DNA of 64,000 nt, taken from assembly GCA_965249725.1 (NCBI GenBank), contig CBDFMQ010000002.1, positions 1,408,001 to 1,472,000 of the forward strand. The letters run 5' to 3'. The stretch is from Longimicrobiales bacterium (GTDB lineage: Bacteria; Gemmatimonadota; Gemmatimonadetes; Longimicrobiales; Gaopeijiaceae). Both the position numbers and the translations under genes were made by a program. A model generated the notes under the pieces. That model was not told where the DNA came from. It did no database searches and was given only the letters and a program-made list of their open reading frames with translations. Below, one piece after another: positions 19,901 through 30,393 of this stretch (position 1 is its first letter; each line of letters begins with the position of its first letter).

Positions 19901-20880
19901 GAATCCCCCTCGGAGTCCGATCTGGCGTAGGCCCGGATGATGTCCTTCACCAGCCGGTGCCGGATCACGTCCATGTCGTCCAGATAGATCAACCGGATGC
20001 CGTCGATCCCACTCAAGATAGCCTCGATCTCGAGCAGTCCGGAATCCTCACGCCTGGGAAGGTCGATCTGCGTCTTGTCTCCAGTGATGACGACCTGCGA
20101 GTTCAAGCCCAGGCGCGTGAGGAACATCTTCATCTGCGCCGTCGTCGAATTCTGCGCTTCATCCAGGATGACGAACGCGTCGGAGAGCGTCCGGCCCCTC
20201 ATATAGGCCAACGGGGCAATCTCGATGGTCATGTCCTCGAGCGCACGCCTCACACGGTCTGTGGGCATCATGTCCTCGAGCGCGTCGTAGAGGGGTCGCA
20301 GATACGGATCGACCTTTTCCTGCATGTCGCCCGGGAGGAAACCGAGACTCTCCCCGGCCTCGACCGCTGGCCGAGCCAGGACGATGCGCTTAACCCGCTT
20401 CTTGTAGAGGGCGTCCACCGCGGCGGCCACAGCGAGGTAGGTCTTTCCGGTGCCCGCCGGACCGATGCCGATGACGATGTCGTTGTCCAGGATGGAGCTG
20501 AGGTAGCGCCGCTGCCCATCCGACTTGGGGCGGATGACTTTCCGGGTGCCTGGCAAGGCGATGCCAGTAGTATCCTCGGGATGCACGACTCCGTCTCCAC
20601 CGTTGGCAGCGAAACCCTCCGCGAAACGTGCGATGTCATTTGCGTCGAACGGAGCCCGCAATCGTGAGAGTTCGATGAGGTGCTGTACGACCGGAGCCGC
20701 CTGCTCGACGCCCGTGAGCTCCCCGGACAAAATGACGTGGTCGCCCCGCAGGACCAGACGAATGCCAAAGAGCTTCGACACCTCCTGCAGGTTGGTGTCG
20801 TTGACCCCGGTGAACAGGAGCGGGTCTACTCCTTCGGCGTCTAACCGATGTTCTACGATGCTACTCTGCCCAGACGTCAT
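19897..20880 (-). CDS. phoH: PhoH family ATPase
   Basis: GPAGTGKT, RPAVEAGESLGFLPGD, YMRGRTL, DEAQN. Confidence 0.95.
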   Translation of the reverse strand: MTSGQSSIVEHRLDAEGVDPLLFTGVNDTNLQEVSKLFGIRLVLRGDHVILSGELTGVEQAAPVVQHLIELSRLRAPFDANDIARFAEGFAANGGDGVVHPEDTTGIALPGTRKVIRPKSDGQRRYLSSILDNDIVIGIGPAGTGKTYLAVAAAVDALYKKRVKRIVLARPAVEAGESLGFLPGDMQEKVDPYLRPLYDALEDMMPTDRVRRALEDMTIEIAPLAYMRGRTLSDAFVILDEAQNSTTAQMKMFLTRLGLNSQVVITGDKTQIDLPRREDSGLLEIEAILSGIDGIRLIYLDDMDVIRHRLVKDIIRAYARSDSEGDS

Positions 20881-22697
20881 ACGGTGGAGTCCTCCTCTGC
20901 AACCGTTGGTATAATGCGCTCCGCCACCTGGAGTCCCAGGTCGGTCAGATCGGCGTCCGTTAGAGGCGAAGGAGCACCCTCGAAGAGCGCTCGCGCCGCC
21001 GTGGTCTTGGGGAACGCGATCACATCGCGGATGCTGTCGGCTCCGACGAACTGAGCCACGATGCGGTCCATTCCGAACGCGACTCCTCCGTGGGGGGGTG
21101 CACCGGAAGCGAGGGCACCCAAGAGGAATCCGAATTTCCGGTCGATCTCCTCGTCCTCGAGACCGAGGATCCGGAGGATCTGACGCTGCACCTCCGGATC
21201 GTGGTTTCTGAGGCTTCCCGAACCGAACTCGACTCCGTTGTAGACCAGATCGTACGCGAGCCCTCGCGTCGACATCGGGTCCGAATCGAGGAGTTCAAAG
21301 TCCTCGGGATGCGGCATCACGAACGGATGGTGGTTCGCGGCGGGTTCCCCGTCGGCACCCGGCTCGAACATCGGGAAGTCCACGACCCAGAGCCACGCGT
21401 GCTCCCGGTCCTTCTCGATGTCCAGAGCGTCGATGACCGCCGCCCTCGTGGCGGACAGTGCCGCCGACGTGACGCGGTCGTCTCCCGCGGCCGCCAACAC
21501 CAGGTCGCCCGACTCCATGCCGAGAGCTTGGAAGGCATCCTCATCCATGAATCGGGAAAGCGGGCCGGACCCACCCTCATCGCCCAGCTTGGCCCAAAGA
21601 AGCCCCGGGGCTCCCGCCGCCTTCGCGTGCGACTCGACGGCCTCGACCTCGCGCCTGGACAGACGTGCTCCTCCCTTCAGGAGCAGCCCACGGATGCGAC
21701 CACCGCTCTCTACCGCCGCGCTCAGTATGGCCGACTCGCCGCCACTCAGAACGTCGGTCCAGTCCTGGATCTCCAGCGAGTACCGAAGGTCGGGGCGGTC
21801 GATGCCGAAGCGCTCGAGCGCCTCGTGATGACTCATCCGCGGGAAGGGCGTCTCCGCCTCCATTCCGGGAGCCTCGGCTGCCAACGCCACCATCAGTCCC
21901 TCCATCCACCGCAAGATGTCGTCGGGCTCCACGAAGGAGGCCTCGACGTCGATCTGCGTGAACTCGGGCTGCCGGTCGGCCCTCGGATCCTCGTCGCGGA
22001 AGCAACGAGCGATCTGGAAATAGCGGTCGAACCCCGCCGCCATGCAGATCTGCTTGTAGATCTGCGGACTCTGAGGCAGGGCGTAGAACTCCCCCTGATG
22101 CACGCGGCTGGGCACCAAATAGTCCCTGGCCCCCTCGGGTGTGGGCTTGGTGAGGATGGGGGTCTCCACTTCGACGAATCCCAAGGCGTCCATGTAGTTC
22201 CGGCACGCCAGGATCAGTCGATGTCTGAGGCGGAGGTTGTTCTGGAGCTCGTCGCGGCGCAGATCGAGAACGCGATGCTTCAGCCGCAATTCCTCCGACG
22301 GTAGCTCGTCCTCGGGTGCTTGGTACACGGGAATCACGGGCACTTCGGCGTCGGTAAGACGATGCAGGGTCGTCGCCCGGATCTCCACGTCTCCGGTGGC
22401 CATGTCCGTGTTTCGGGCATCGGGTGGTCGGGTGACCACGGGACCCACCACGGTCACCACGTCCTCGGCGCCGATCCGGTGAGCCAATTCCAGCGAAGAC
22501 GCATCCGTCCAATCCGGCCCCAAGGAGACCTGAACCAGCCCGCTGTGGTCGCGGAGATCGATGAAGATCAATCCGCCGAGGTCCCGCCGGCGATGCACCC
22601 AACCCGCCAGCGTCAACTCGGTGCCTTCATCCTCGGCGCGAATGCCGCCGACCATTCGGGACCTGAGCGCCGTACGCTCGATATCGATATCCGTCAT
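20877..22697 (-). CDS. aspS: Aspartate--tRNA ligase
   Basis: GWVHRRRDLGG, PEGARDYLVPSR, FRDED.RADRQPEFTQID, GAPPHGG; ATG at 22697. Confidence 0.96.
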   Translation of the reverse strand: MTDIDIERTALRSRMVGGIRAEDEGTELTLAGWVHRRRDLGGLIFIDLRDHSGLVQVSLGPDWTDASSLELAHRIGAEDVVTVVGPVVTRPPDARNTDMATGDVEIRATTLHRLTDAEVPVIPVYQAPEDELPSEELRLKHRVLDLRRDELQNNLRLRHRLILACRNYMDALGFVEVETPILTKPTPEGARDYLVPSRVHQGEFYALPQSPQIYKQICMAAGFDRYFQIARCFRDEDPRADRQPEFTQIDVEASFVEPDDILRWMEGLMVALAAEAPGMEAETPFPRMSHHEALERFGIDRPDLRYSLEIQDWTDVLSGGESAILSAAVESGGRIRGLLLKGGARLSRREVEAVESHAKAAGAPGLLWAKLGDEGGSGPLSRFMDEDAFQALGMESGDLVLAAAGDDRVTSAALSATRAAVIDALDIEKDREHAWLWVVDFPMFEPGADGEPAANHHPFVMPHPEDFELLDSDPMSTRGLAYDLVYNGVEFGSGSLRNHDPEVQRQILRILGLEDEEIDRKFGFLLGALASGAPPHGGVAFGMDRIVAQFVGADSIRDVIAFPKTTAARALFEGAPSPLTDADLTDLGLQVAERIIPTVAEEDSTV

Positions 22698-22699
22698 GT

Positions 22700-23095
22700 C
22701 TATACTGACGATGCTCTCGTTTCTTCGTCGATCGCCCCATCGCTCCGTCGCGTATAGGGCACGAATTTGGTGAAGAGTAGGCACCCCGCGAGGACCCCCG
22801 CGGCGTTGGCCAACCCGTCCATGAGTTCGGCCTCCCGGCCCGGTACCAATGTCTGATACGATTCGACCAGCACGCCATAGGCCACGCCCGCGAGAATCAG
22901 GGCCACTAGAGGCACGCCCGACCCCGTTCTGGCCCTTCCCCATGCGAGGGACAAGCCGAGAATCAGGTAGGCGCCGCCGTGAGCGAGCTTGTCCCACGAG
23001 CCCACCCCGACACTCGGCTCACTCCACGCACTCAACAAAAAGAGGACCGCCGCCCAAAGGGCAGCCGGCCCCCAACCGATGACCTTCTCGATCAT
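22700..23095 (-). CDS. VanZ family membrane protein
   Basis: DKLAHGGAY...ESYQTLVPGR...DGLAN. Confidence 0.85.
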   Translation of the reverse strand: MIEKVIGWGPAALWAAVLFLLSAWSEPSVGVGSWDKLAHGGAYLILGLSLAWGRARTGSGVPLVALILAGVAYGVLVESYQTLVPGREAELMDGLANAAGVLAGCLLFTKFVPYTRRSDGAIDEETRASSV

Positions 23096-23267
23096 GGATT
23101 GTTCAGTGTTTGGAACAGCGGCCCGATCCTCCTCTCGATCGCGTCAGAATCGCCTGAAGTTTAACCCGGGCGTGGAGGCGATACAAGAAAATCCGACCCC
23201 CCGTTATCTTCCCCCTTGATCGCAGGAGCCGCCGCGCGAGGCACGTGGCGTAGCGTCCCAACCGGTA

Positions 23268-24389
23268 GTGACCATGCACGCTGACAAGACCGACCTGCTC
23301 GGGCTCACACCCGAGCAACTCGACGTGGCCCTGGAGGCACATTTCGCCGCCCGGGGCCAACCGTCGTACCGGGCCGAGCAGGTCAGGCGTTGGATCCTCG
23401 ACGAATGCGTCGAGACCATCGACGGCATGACCAATCTGCCCGTGGAGGAGCGCTCTGCCCTCGCGGCGTCGTTCTTCCTGGGTGAGGCGGTGGCGGATAC
23501 GGTCTCCCGGTCCTCGGACGGCACCGTAAAGCACCTGTGGCAGCTCGCGGACGGCGAGCTGATCGAGTCGGTTCTGATTCCGGCCACCGACCGGCTCACC
23601 CTCTGCATCTCGTCCCAAGCCGGCTGCGCCATGGGATGCACCTTCTGTGCAACCGGTTGGGCCGGCTTCCGACGGCAGCTGACCGCGGGTGAGATCGTCT
23701 CACAGTACCGGGCATCCCGCCGATGGGCGGAGGAGAACGACTACGGCCGCATCACCAACGTCGTCTACATGGGGATGGGCGAACCCATGAGCAACCGGAA
23801 GGCCCTGCATCCCTCGCTGACCATCCTTCACCAAGGGTATGGGCTGGGCGCCCGTCGAATCACGGTGTCCACGGTGGGGGTCGTACCCGGCATCGTCGAG
23901 CTGGCCGAACGTAAGGAGCAGTTCCGACTCGCCGTCTCCCTTCATTCGCCCGAATCCGAATCACGGCAAGAACTCATTCCCCTGGAGAAGCGCCACCCGC
24001 TTCCCGAACTGATCGGAGCTCTCCGCCTCTTCAACAAAGCCGGGGGGCCCAGGATCACGTTCGAGTACACGATGATCCGGGGGATCAACGACGCGCAGAG
24101 CTTCGCCCCGAAGCTGGCCGAACTCGCCTATTCCCTCGATGCCTTCGTGAACCTCATCCCCTTCAACCCGATTCCTTACCAGGATTGGAAAGCGAGCACC
24201 GGGGAGCGCATCGAGGAGTTCAGGTCGGTTCTCGAGCAGCGGGGTGTGGACGTGGCGGTTCGGGTGCCCCGAGGGCGTGACATCGACGCCGCGTGCGGAC
24301 AACTGCGTGCGAGCGCCTGGGTAGAGCTTCAGGCGAGCAAGGGTGGCGCCACCGCGGAGCAGGAGAGCGAAGCCACCGCCGAAGGCTGA
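23268..24389 (+). CDS. rlmN: 23S rRNA m2A2503 methyltransferase RlmN
   Basis: CISSQAGCAMGCTFC, MGMGEP, DIDAACGQL. Confidence 0.95.
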   Translation: MTMHADKTDLLGLTPEQLDVALEAHFAARGQPSYRAEQVRRWILDECVETIDGMTNLPVEERSALAASFFLGEAVADTVSRSSDGTVKHLWQLADGELIESVLIPATDRLTLCISSQAGCAMGCTFCATGWAGFRRQLTAGEIVSQYRASRRWAEENDYGRITNVVYMGMGEPMSNRKALHPSLTILHQGYGLGARRITVSTVGVVPGIVELAERKEQFRLAVSLHSPESESRQELIPLEKRHPLPELIGALRLFNKAGGPRITFEYTMIRGINDAQSFAPKLAELAYSLDAFVNLIPFNPIPYQDWKASTGERIEEFRSVLEQRGVDVAVRVPRGRDIDAACGQLRASAWVELQASKGGATAEQESEATAEG

Positions 24390-24415
24390 GTGGCCCGGTC
24401 CGGTCGGTGTCGCCC

Positions 24416-25183
24416 TCAGCGAATGCGGGAAAAGATCCGGCTCCCACGCACCTCGCGGATCCAGGGGAAGGGCCTCAGCGAGCCCTTGTTATAGGAGAAG
24501 TAAATGAAGGAGGTGCGCCCCTCGAGTCGCCACCCCTCCAGAAGGCCCCAATAGCGCGAGTCGAGGCTGGTGTCACGGTTGTCCCCCAACATGAAGTAGC
24601 GATCGTCGGGAATGACCAGTGGGCCCCAGTTGTCTCTCGTCGGACGATAGGTGGGCCGGTCGACCGTATCCTTCAGGTACTGTGATTGCCAAGCCATCCA
24701 CGGGTGAGGGAGGTCACCCTCGGGGTCCATATGCTTCACGAAAGGCTCGTCCTGGGGTTCTCCGTTGAGCACGAGTACGCTCTCACGCATCTCCACGGTA
24801 TCACCCGGCATGCCGATGAGGCGTTTGACGAGCTTGAGATCGGGCTCATGGGGCGGGTCGAAGACGATGACGTCACCTCTCCGCACCGACGAGTATCCGG
24901 GAATCCGAATCTGTGTACCCGGAATGCGAGCGCCGACGGCGGCCCGATTCGCCAGCAGAAAGTCGCCGACGAGAAGCGCATCCTCCATCGATCCGGACGT
25001 GATCACGAAGGTCTGTAGAAGGAAGGTCCGGATCAGGACGAAGAGCAAGGCGGCGATGGCCAGGGATTTGACCCATTCGACCAACGCGTTCTCTTCCGAC
25101 TCCTCCTCGGCTGCCTTGGCCCGGCCGTCGCCCTCGGCGTCTGCACGCGCCTTGCGGTTCTTACGTTGGCTCTTCTTGGCCAT
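24416..25183 (-). CDS. lepB: Signal peptidase I
   Basis: SGSM, LVKRLIGMPGD, GDNRDTSLDSRYWG. Confidence 0.95.
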   Translation of the reverse strand: MAKKSQRKNRKARADAEGDGRAKAAEEESEENALVEWVKSLAIAALLFVLIRTFLLQTFVITSGSMEDALLVGDFLLANRAAVGARIPGTQIRIPGYSSVRRGDVIVFDPPHEPDLKLVKRLIGMPGDTVEMRESVLVLNGEPQDEPFVKHMDPEGDLPHPWMAWQSQYLKDTVDRPTYRPTRDNWGPLVIPDDRYFMLGDNRDTSLDSRYWGLLEGWRLEGRTSFIYFSYNKGSLRPFPWIREVRGSRIFSRIR

Positions 25184-25206
25184 ACCCAGTCCGGATCAAC
25201 CCTCGA

Positions 25207-25698
25207 TCAGCGGAGGTGTTTGCGGAGGTCCCACCACGGAACCTCATCGCCGGGAACGTCGCCGCTATCCAAGGTCTCCGGAGTCCACTCCCTGCCCAGC
25301 AATACGGTCACATCCAGATAAAGGTTCGAATCGGGCTCACTCAGGATGGACGTAGCACCCATGACGTCGCCCACAGCCCGAGCCGCTTCGAGCCGACCCG
25401 AGCGGTCCAGGACCACCGTGGCATCCTGGTCGAAGGTCTCGGCGTTTCCGAAGTAGACCACATCGAACCCTTGATCGCGCAGTCGGTCGGTGGCCAGGCG
25501 CGCCATCCCCGATTCGCCTCCCGCGTTGAGCACCTCCACTCTGATCCGACCCATCGTATTCGTCGTCGGATTGCGAGGAGGAGCGATGGAGCGCTCCTGC
25601 TCGGGAAGCGGCTTCCACTGCGAAATCGCCGAACCGATGAAGACACCGGTCGCCAAGACGACACCCAGGAGCATCAGACCTCTGACGCGCTCGCCCAT
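25207..25698 (-). CDS. LytR C-terminal domain protein
   Basis: N-terminal TM; VEVLNAGGESGMAR...GFDVVYFGNA...DVTVLLG. Confidence 0.85.
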   Translation of the reverse strand: MGERVRGLMLLGVVLATGVFIGSAISQWKPLPEQERSIAPPRNPTTNTMGRIRVEVLNAGGESGMARLATDRLRDQGFDVVYFGNAETFDQDATVVLDRSGRLEAARAVGDVMGATSILSEPDSNLYLDVTVLLGREWTPETLDSGDVPGDEVPWWDLRKHLR

Positions 25699-26288
25699 GC
25701 CCTTCCTTTCACCATGACGTTCCAGAAGCCTATCGTTTCAGGTCGAACCGGTCTGCCTTTGTCCATCAGATGCCCCATGCGCAGCCTCAAGATCCCGCGC
25801 ACCACCTCGTCCAGGTCCTCCGGCATCCGTTTCCGCATTTCCTGACGCCACCTGGGGCGGTACTTCCGGCCCGGCTCGAGGAAATCGGCCGCATAGAGCG
25901 CCTTCCCCATGTCATCGAACTCGGGACTGCCCAAGGTGTGATATGCGACGGCGGTCAGGAGGGGCTGGTCCTTCACCCCTGCCTCGTGCAGCCGGACCGC
26001 GGCGGCGGGCCCGTGAAGAACGGACCCGTTCAGATCGGCCAGGGATCCGGACACGACCCGACGCAGCGTCTTCGCCTTCGCGTCTCGCATCATGTCATGA
26101 AGATAACCCAGCGCCGTCCAACGCTGGACGTCACGCTTCGACTCGCCGCGAGCCCTCGACCACTTGTTCAGGAGCTTGGCCACCCGCACCATGTGCTCCC
26201 GTCGCTTTGCGCCGGCGACGGTCCACTTGGGCAGCTCGCCGACGGCTGCCGCAACTACCAGGGGGTGGAGCTTTGCGCGTCCGCTCAT
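25674..26288 (-). CDS. yqeK: YqeK-like HD hydrolase (Ap4A hydrolase family)
   Basis: REHMVRV, LHD, LHGPAAA, YHTLG, ADFLEPGR. Confidence 0.8.
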   Translation of the reverse strand: MSGRAKLHPLVVAAAVGELPKWTVAGAKRREHMVRVAKLLNKWSRARGESKRDVQRWTALGYLHDMMRDAKAKTLRRVVSGSLADLNGSVLHGPAAAVRLHEAGVKDQPLLTAVAYHTLGSPEFDDMGKALYAADFLEPGRKYRPRWRQEMRKRMPEDLDEVVRGILRLRMGHLMDKGRPVRPETIGFWNVMVKGRAWASASEV

Positions 26289-26440
26289 ACCGTCGCGGAC
26301 GCCTTGTTCGGCACGAGTTCGCGGGACACGAAGAGGATACGCTCATCCTGAGTGGGAGGCTGATCCGATGGCTGTCGGCGGCAAGCTAGTGGCGCATCGG
26401 CGAATCGGCCAGTGGCCCGTAACGGCCGCCATCGCATACC

Positions 26441-26449
26441 TGCTATCTT
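26441..26449 (+). promoter_or_regulatory. Extended -10 element (TGcTATCTT) 6 nt before the ATG; probable leaderless promoter
   Basis: Spacing to ATG 26456 and absence of an SD. Confidence 0.45.
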
Positions 26450-26455
26450 GACGCT

Positions 26456-28129
26456 ATGACCATGCGATGGGACCCCGTCCTTACGGCCGCTGTGGCCCGG
26501 GAGTTGGACGACGCACTCTCCGGTGAGCGGCTCAACGCGATCTTCTTGGACCGCGGCGCGGGCACGCTGCACGCATATTTTCGGGGTGCCACGCTCCTAG
26601 CGGACCTCGATCCCTCTCGAGTCGGAGTCGAGATCTTGGAAGCGGCCGAGCCCCCCGAAGGATCGAGACCCTTTGCCTGCCGCCTGTCCGCTGTGGAAGC
26701 ACTTCCCGACGAACGCATCCTCGTATTCGTGCTGCCCAGGATACGAGGCCGTGGAGGGGTCGTCAGGATCGTCCTCGAGCTCGTGCCGAACCGGGGGAAT
26801 GCCACTGTGGTCGAAGGGGACGAGTGGACCGTCCGGCACGTGTTGACCGACCGGGGTGGGGCTCGAACGCCGGAGGTGGGCCACCCCTACCCCCTGCCTG
26901 CCCAGACCCGCCTCGGACTCGAGTCACCCATCACCCCAGTCGAGTGGCGCCGTCTCTGGGAGGACCAGGAGCCGAAGGCCCACCGAGGGGCCCTGCTACG
27001 CAACGTTGCGCTCGCGTCCCCGGTCAACGCCGCCGCGCTGCTGGGAACCACGATCGGCGAGCGAAACGACGAGGGCCAAGGCGAGGACGTCGAGGCGGCT
27101 CTCACCGCCGGTCGCGAATTCTGGATGCGCCTGCGCGGTATCGCCCTCGGTGACACCTCAGCCGAGCCCGAGGTGCTTGAATGTCCCTGGGGCCCGCAGC
27201 CGTATCCCTCTTCGCTGCCCGGGCACACCTGCCGAGAAGCGCCCTCATTGCTGGAGGCGATCCGAGACGTCAGGAGCATCGCCGGCACCGTCACGGGGCT
27301 GGTCCCGTCCGGGTTGATCGTCACGCTCGAAGACGCCCTCTCCCACGTCAGCAAGCGCACCGCCAAGCTCCGAGCAGAACTCGAGCGCGCCCCCGACCCT
27401 CAGATGCTCAGAGGCATCGGAGACCTGATCCTGGCCCACCTCAAGCGGGTGCCGAGGGGCGAGTCCGAGGTATCGCTCCCCGGATTCGATGGTGAGGAGA
27501 CGACCATAGCCCTGGATCCGGCCCTGGCCGCGCAGGACAATGCTGCGCGCTACTACGACCGTGCCGGACGCGCCGAACGAGCGAGGGTACAGTTGCCCAA
27601 CCTCATCCGTGAGAGCCAGGAGAAAGAGGCGGCGCTGGCGGACCTCGCGGATCGGGTCCGAGCTGGAACCGCAGGCGAGGAAGAAATCCGCATGGCCCTT
27701 CCGGAAAGCGAGCTGAGAACACGGACACCGCAGGGAGAGGCACTCCCGAGCCTTCCCTATCGTGCCTACCGGACGTCGGGAGGGCTGGAGGTCCGAGTGG
27801 GACGAGGGTCGGGCGCGAACGACGACCTGACCTTCCGACACTCCAAGCCCGATGACATTTGGCTTCACGCCCGGGATTCAGCCGGAGCCCACGTCATCTT
27901 GAGGTGGGACGGGAAGGAGGCGCCCCCGGCACGCGACCTCTACGAGGCAGCGGTGCTGGCTGCCGTGAACTCCAAGGCGCGGACCTCGGGCAGCGTGCCC
28001 GTCGATTGGACGCACAGGAAACATGTTCGGAAGCCGAGGAAGTCCGCTCCCGGCAGTGTGATCCCCGACCGCGTAAAGACCCTCTTCGTCGAACCCGACG
28101 AGACGCTACCGGACCGCCTCAGCGAGTAG
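26456..28129 (+). CDS. NFACT/RqcH (Rqc2 homolog, FbpA-like)
   Basis: Coiled-coil (ALDPALAAQDNAARYY) and NFACT-R domain (GRGSGANDDLT, WLHARDSAGAHV, VDWT, VRKPR). Confidence 0.88.
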   Translation: MTMRWDPVLTAAVARELDDALSGERLNAIFLDRGAGTLHAYFRGATLLADLDPSRVGVEILEAAEPPEGSRPFACRLSAVEALPDERILVFVLPRIRGRGGVVRIVLELVPNRGNATVVEGDEWTVRHVLTDRGGARTPEVGHPYPLPAQTRLGLESPITPVEWRRLWEDQEPKAHRGALLRNVALASPVNAAALLGTTIGERNDEGQGEDVEAALTAGREFWMRLRGIALGDTSAEPEVLECPWGPQPYPSSLPGHTCREAPSLLEAIRDVRSIAGTVTGLVPSGLIVTLEDALSHVSKRTAKLRAELERAPDPQMLRGIGDLILAHLKRVPRGESEVSLPGFDGEETTIALDPALAAQDNAARYYDRAGRAERARVQLPNLIRESQEKEAALADLADRVRAGTAGEEEIRMALPESELRTRTPQGEALPSLPYRAYRTSGGLEVRVGRGSGANDDLTFRHSKPDDIWLHARDSAGAHVILRWDGKEAPPARDLYEAAVLAAVNSKARTSGSVPVDWTHRKHVRKPRKSAPGSVIPDRVKTLFVEPDETLPDRLSE

Positions 28130-28146
28130 AGACGCCCCCGCCGACC

Positions 28147-28959
28147 TCAGGGAAGAGGGCCGGCGCCCTCGTCCATTGCGGTACGCAGCGACGCGAGAAA
28201 GACGCTCGCTTCGGCGGCCCCTCCGCTGTCCAACGCCTTGATCAAAGCGCTCCCGACCACGACCCCATCGGCGACTCCGGCCACCACAGCCGCCTGCTCG
28301 GGCGTCGAGATCCCGAAACCGACCGCGACGGGCAGGTCCACCTGGTTCCTCAGGGTGCGAACCTCGGCGCCGAGGCCGTCGCTCAGGCTCGCTCGCGCGC
28401 CGGTCACTCCGGTGCGGGAGATATAGTAGAGGAACCCCTGCCCGCTCTGAGCCACCGCGGCGACCCGGTCGGAACAGGTGGTCGGGGCGATGAGTCGGAT
28501 CAGGTCCAGCGGCGAATCGAGGATGGCCTCTTCCGCCGCCGGATCGGAACCCGTGGGCACATCCGTCAGGAGAAGCCCCTGAGCTCCGGCCTCCACCGCG
28601 TCATTCAGGAAGGACTCGAGCCCGTACCGCAAAAGCGGATTCACGTAGCTGAAGAGGACGACAGGCACGTCGGACGTCGCACGGAAAGAGGAAAGGACTT
28701 CGAGGGTCCCGGCCACGGTCATGCCACCCTCGAGGGCCCTGTGCGTGGAGGCCTGAATGGTGGGTCCGTCGGCGAGTGGATCGCTGAACGGAACGCCCAG
28801 CTCGAGAACGTCACCGCCCGCTTCCGCCATGGCTCCGAGCACATCCACGCTCGCCTCGGGCGAAGGAAAGCCGCACGTGACATAGGGCACGAGGGCACTC
28901 CTTCCCTCCGCCTGACGCACCCTGAACCGCTCTGCGATCCCCTCTCCTCCCGGACTCAA
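28147..28959 (-). CDS. trpA: Tryptophan synthase alpha chain
   Basis: ELGVPFSDPLADGPTIQ, GVTGAR, VGFGIS, GSA. Confidence 0.96.
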   Translation of the reverse strand: MSPGGEGIAERFRVRQAEGRSALVPYVTCGFPSPEASVDVLGAMAEAGGDVLELGVPFSDPLADGPTIQASTHRALEGGMTVAGTLEVLSSFRATSDVPVVLFSYVNPLLRYGLESFLNDAVEAGAQGLLLTDVPTGSDPAAEEAILDSPLDLIRLIAPTTCSDRVAAVAQSGQGFLYYISRTGVTGARASLSDGLGAEVRTLRNQVDLPVAVGFGISTPEQAAVVAGVADGVVVGSALIKALDSGGAAEASVFLASLRTAMDEGAGPLP

Positions 28960-28983
28960 CGCCGCCGCCCCGGGGGGTGATGA

Positions 28984-30393
28984 TCACATGAGATAGTCGC
29001 TGACACGGATTCCGTACTTCTGGGGGTTGGTGGTCTTGATGATGGCGCGGTCGTCGAGCGCCAGATCTACCGGGAGCGGCGTCGCCAGTGGCACCGCCAT
29101 TTCATCGGAGATGATCTTCACCAAGGGCTCGTGAAGGTGGGAGACATCAGGGTTGACCTTGGAGACGACTGCAAGCTCGAGCGTGTCGAGTACCACGAGC
29201 GTACCGACCGGATAGACCCCGGTAGCGTTGATGAACGTCTTCACGATCAACTGGTCGAAGCCGCGCCGAGGGTTGTCCCTCATCTCCTTCAGTACCTCGT
29301 CGGGCGGCCACGGCTCGTACTGATAGCTCCGCACCGACGTGCCCGCGTCGAAGCCGTCGGCCACGGCCACGATGCGCGAGAAGAGCCCGGGCTTCCGTGG
29401 GCGAGTGTTCTCGGGGTAACCGGACAGATCGATCTTCATGTGATGCTCGTACGCCATGAGCATCTGACGGAAAGGCACGTCGGCAAAGCCACTCATTCCG
29501 AAGAGCAGAAGTAGCCCCTCGGTGGGATGCTGTTTCAGTGAGTCCCACTCCTCATCCGTGAGTCCCCCGGCCTTGTTGATGATCTCGCTGTCCACGTTCA
29601 TCTTGCCGATGTCGTGGAAGAGCGCCCCGAGGCCGAGCTCGTAAAGCTGCAGTTTGGTGAGGCCCAGCCGCTGCCCGATGACCACGCTGAAGATGCAGAC
29701 GTTCACCGAGTGCGTGAACGTGTACTCGTCGAAGCCCCGCAGCGTGGTCATGGTCATCATAGAGTCCTCGTTGTCGAGCACCTGATCCACGATTCCCTGA
29801 ACCGCCCGCTTGACCTTCCGAACGTTTACGGCCTTCCCCAGACGCATGTCGGTAAGCGCATCTTTGGCGACGTTCACCGACTGCGCATAGGTGCCCTTGG
29901 CTGCCGCCATGTCGTCGCGCTGGACCACCTCGTGCTCGGGGGCCATCGTCTCGGCACGTACCTCGATGTGCGCCACCGGTGTCTGCGAGAGCCTCTGCAC
30001 GAACGCCTCGAAGGGCGCCTCCTCCTTGGGATCACGGATCAGCACCGACAAGAACGGTGCCCACTCGGACCGTTTCACGTTGCCGTCGATCACGAGCTCG
30101 CCGATGCCGTGTCCCGTCAGACCCGACGAGAAGCTCCCGAAGGTGGAGAAATTCGAGAGGTCCAGGCGCAGCCTCGTCTCGTTGATGAAGAAGAAGTCCC
30201 CGACCAGTTGTAGCTGGAACGCACCTTCGTGCTTCAGGAACTCCTCCATCTGGGCATGGAGGTCATCGACGGCCTGCTGGACCTGCTGGTTCTCGACCGG
30301 ATAGAGCTTGAGCGATCGGAGGGTCACGTAGAGCGCCGTTAGGAGTTTGCTACCGAGCTCCTGAACGAGAGCGGTGCCGTCATCTTGGCTCAT
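28984..30393 (-). CDS. HD-GYP domain protein
   Basis: DEYTFTHSVNV, FHDIGK, HHMKIDLSGYP, VADGFDA, GVYPVGT. Confidence 0.9.
   Translation of the reverse strand: MSQDDGTALVQELGSKLLTALYVTLRSLKLYPVENQQVQQAVDDLHAQMEEFLKHEGAFQLQLVGDFFFINETRLRLDLSNFSTFGSFSSGLTGHGIGELVIDGNVKRSEWAPFLSVLIRDPKEEAPFEAFVQRLSQTPVAHIEVRAETMAPEHEVVQRDDMAAAKGTYAQSVNVAKDALTDMRLGKAVNVRKVKRAVQGIVDQVLDNEDSMMTMTTLRGFDEYTFTHSVNVCIFSVVIGQRLGLTKLQLYELGLGALFHDIGKMNVDSEIINKAGGLTDEEWDSLKQHPTEGLLLLFGMSGFADVPFRQMLMAYEHHMKIDLSGYPENTRPRKPGLFSRIVAVADGFDAGTSVRSYQYEPWPPDEVLKEMRDNPRRGFDQLIVKTFINATGVYPVGTLVVLDTLELAVVSKVNPDVSHLHEPLVKIISDEMAVPLATPLPVDLALDDRAIIKTTNPQKYGIRVSDYLM

Noticed and set aside
20877..22997. Long N-terminal extensions in the ORF track (aspS, also trpF, mtaB, meaB, fbp, hydratase)
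   Set aside because: They overlap upstream genes or lack support; downstream starts match family N-termini
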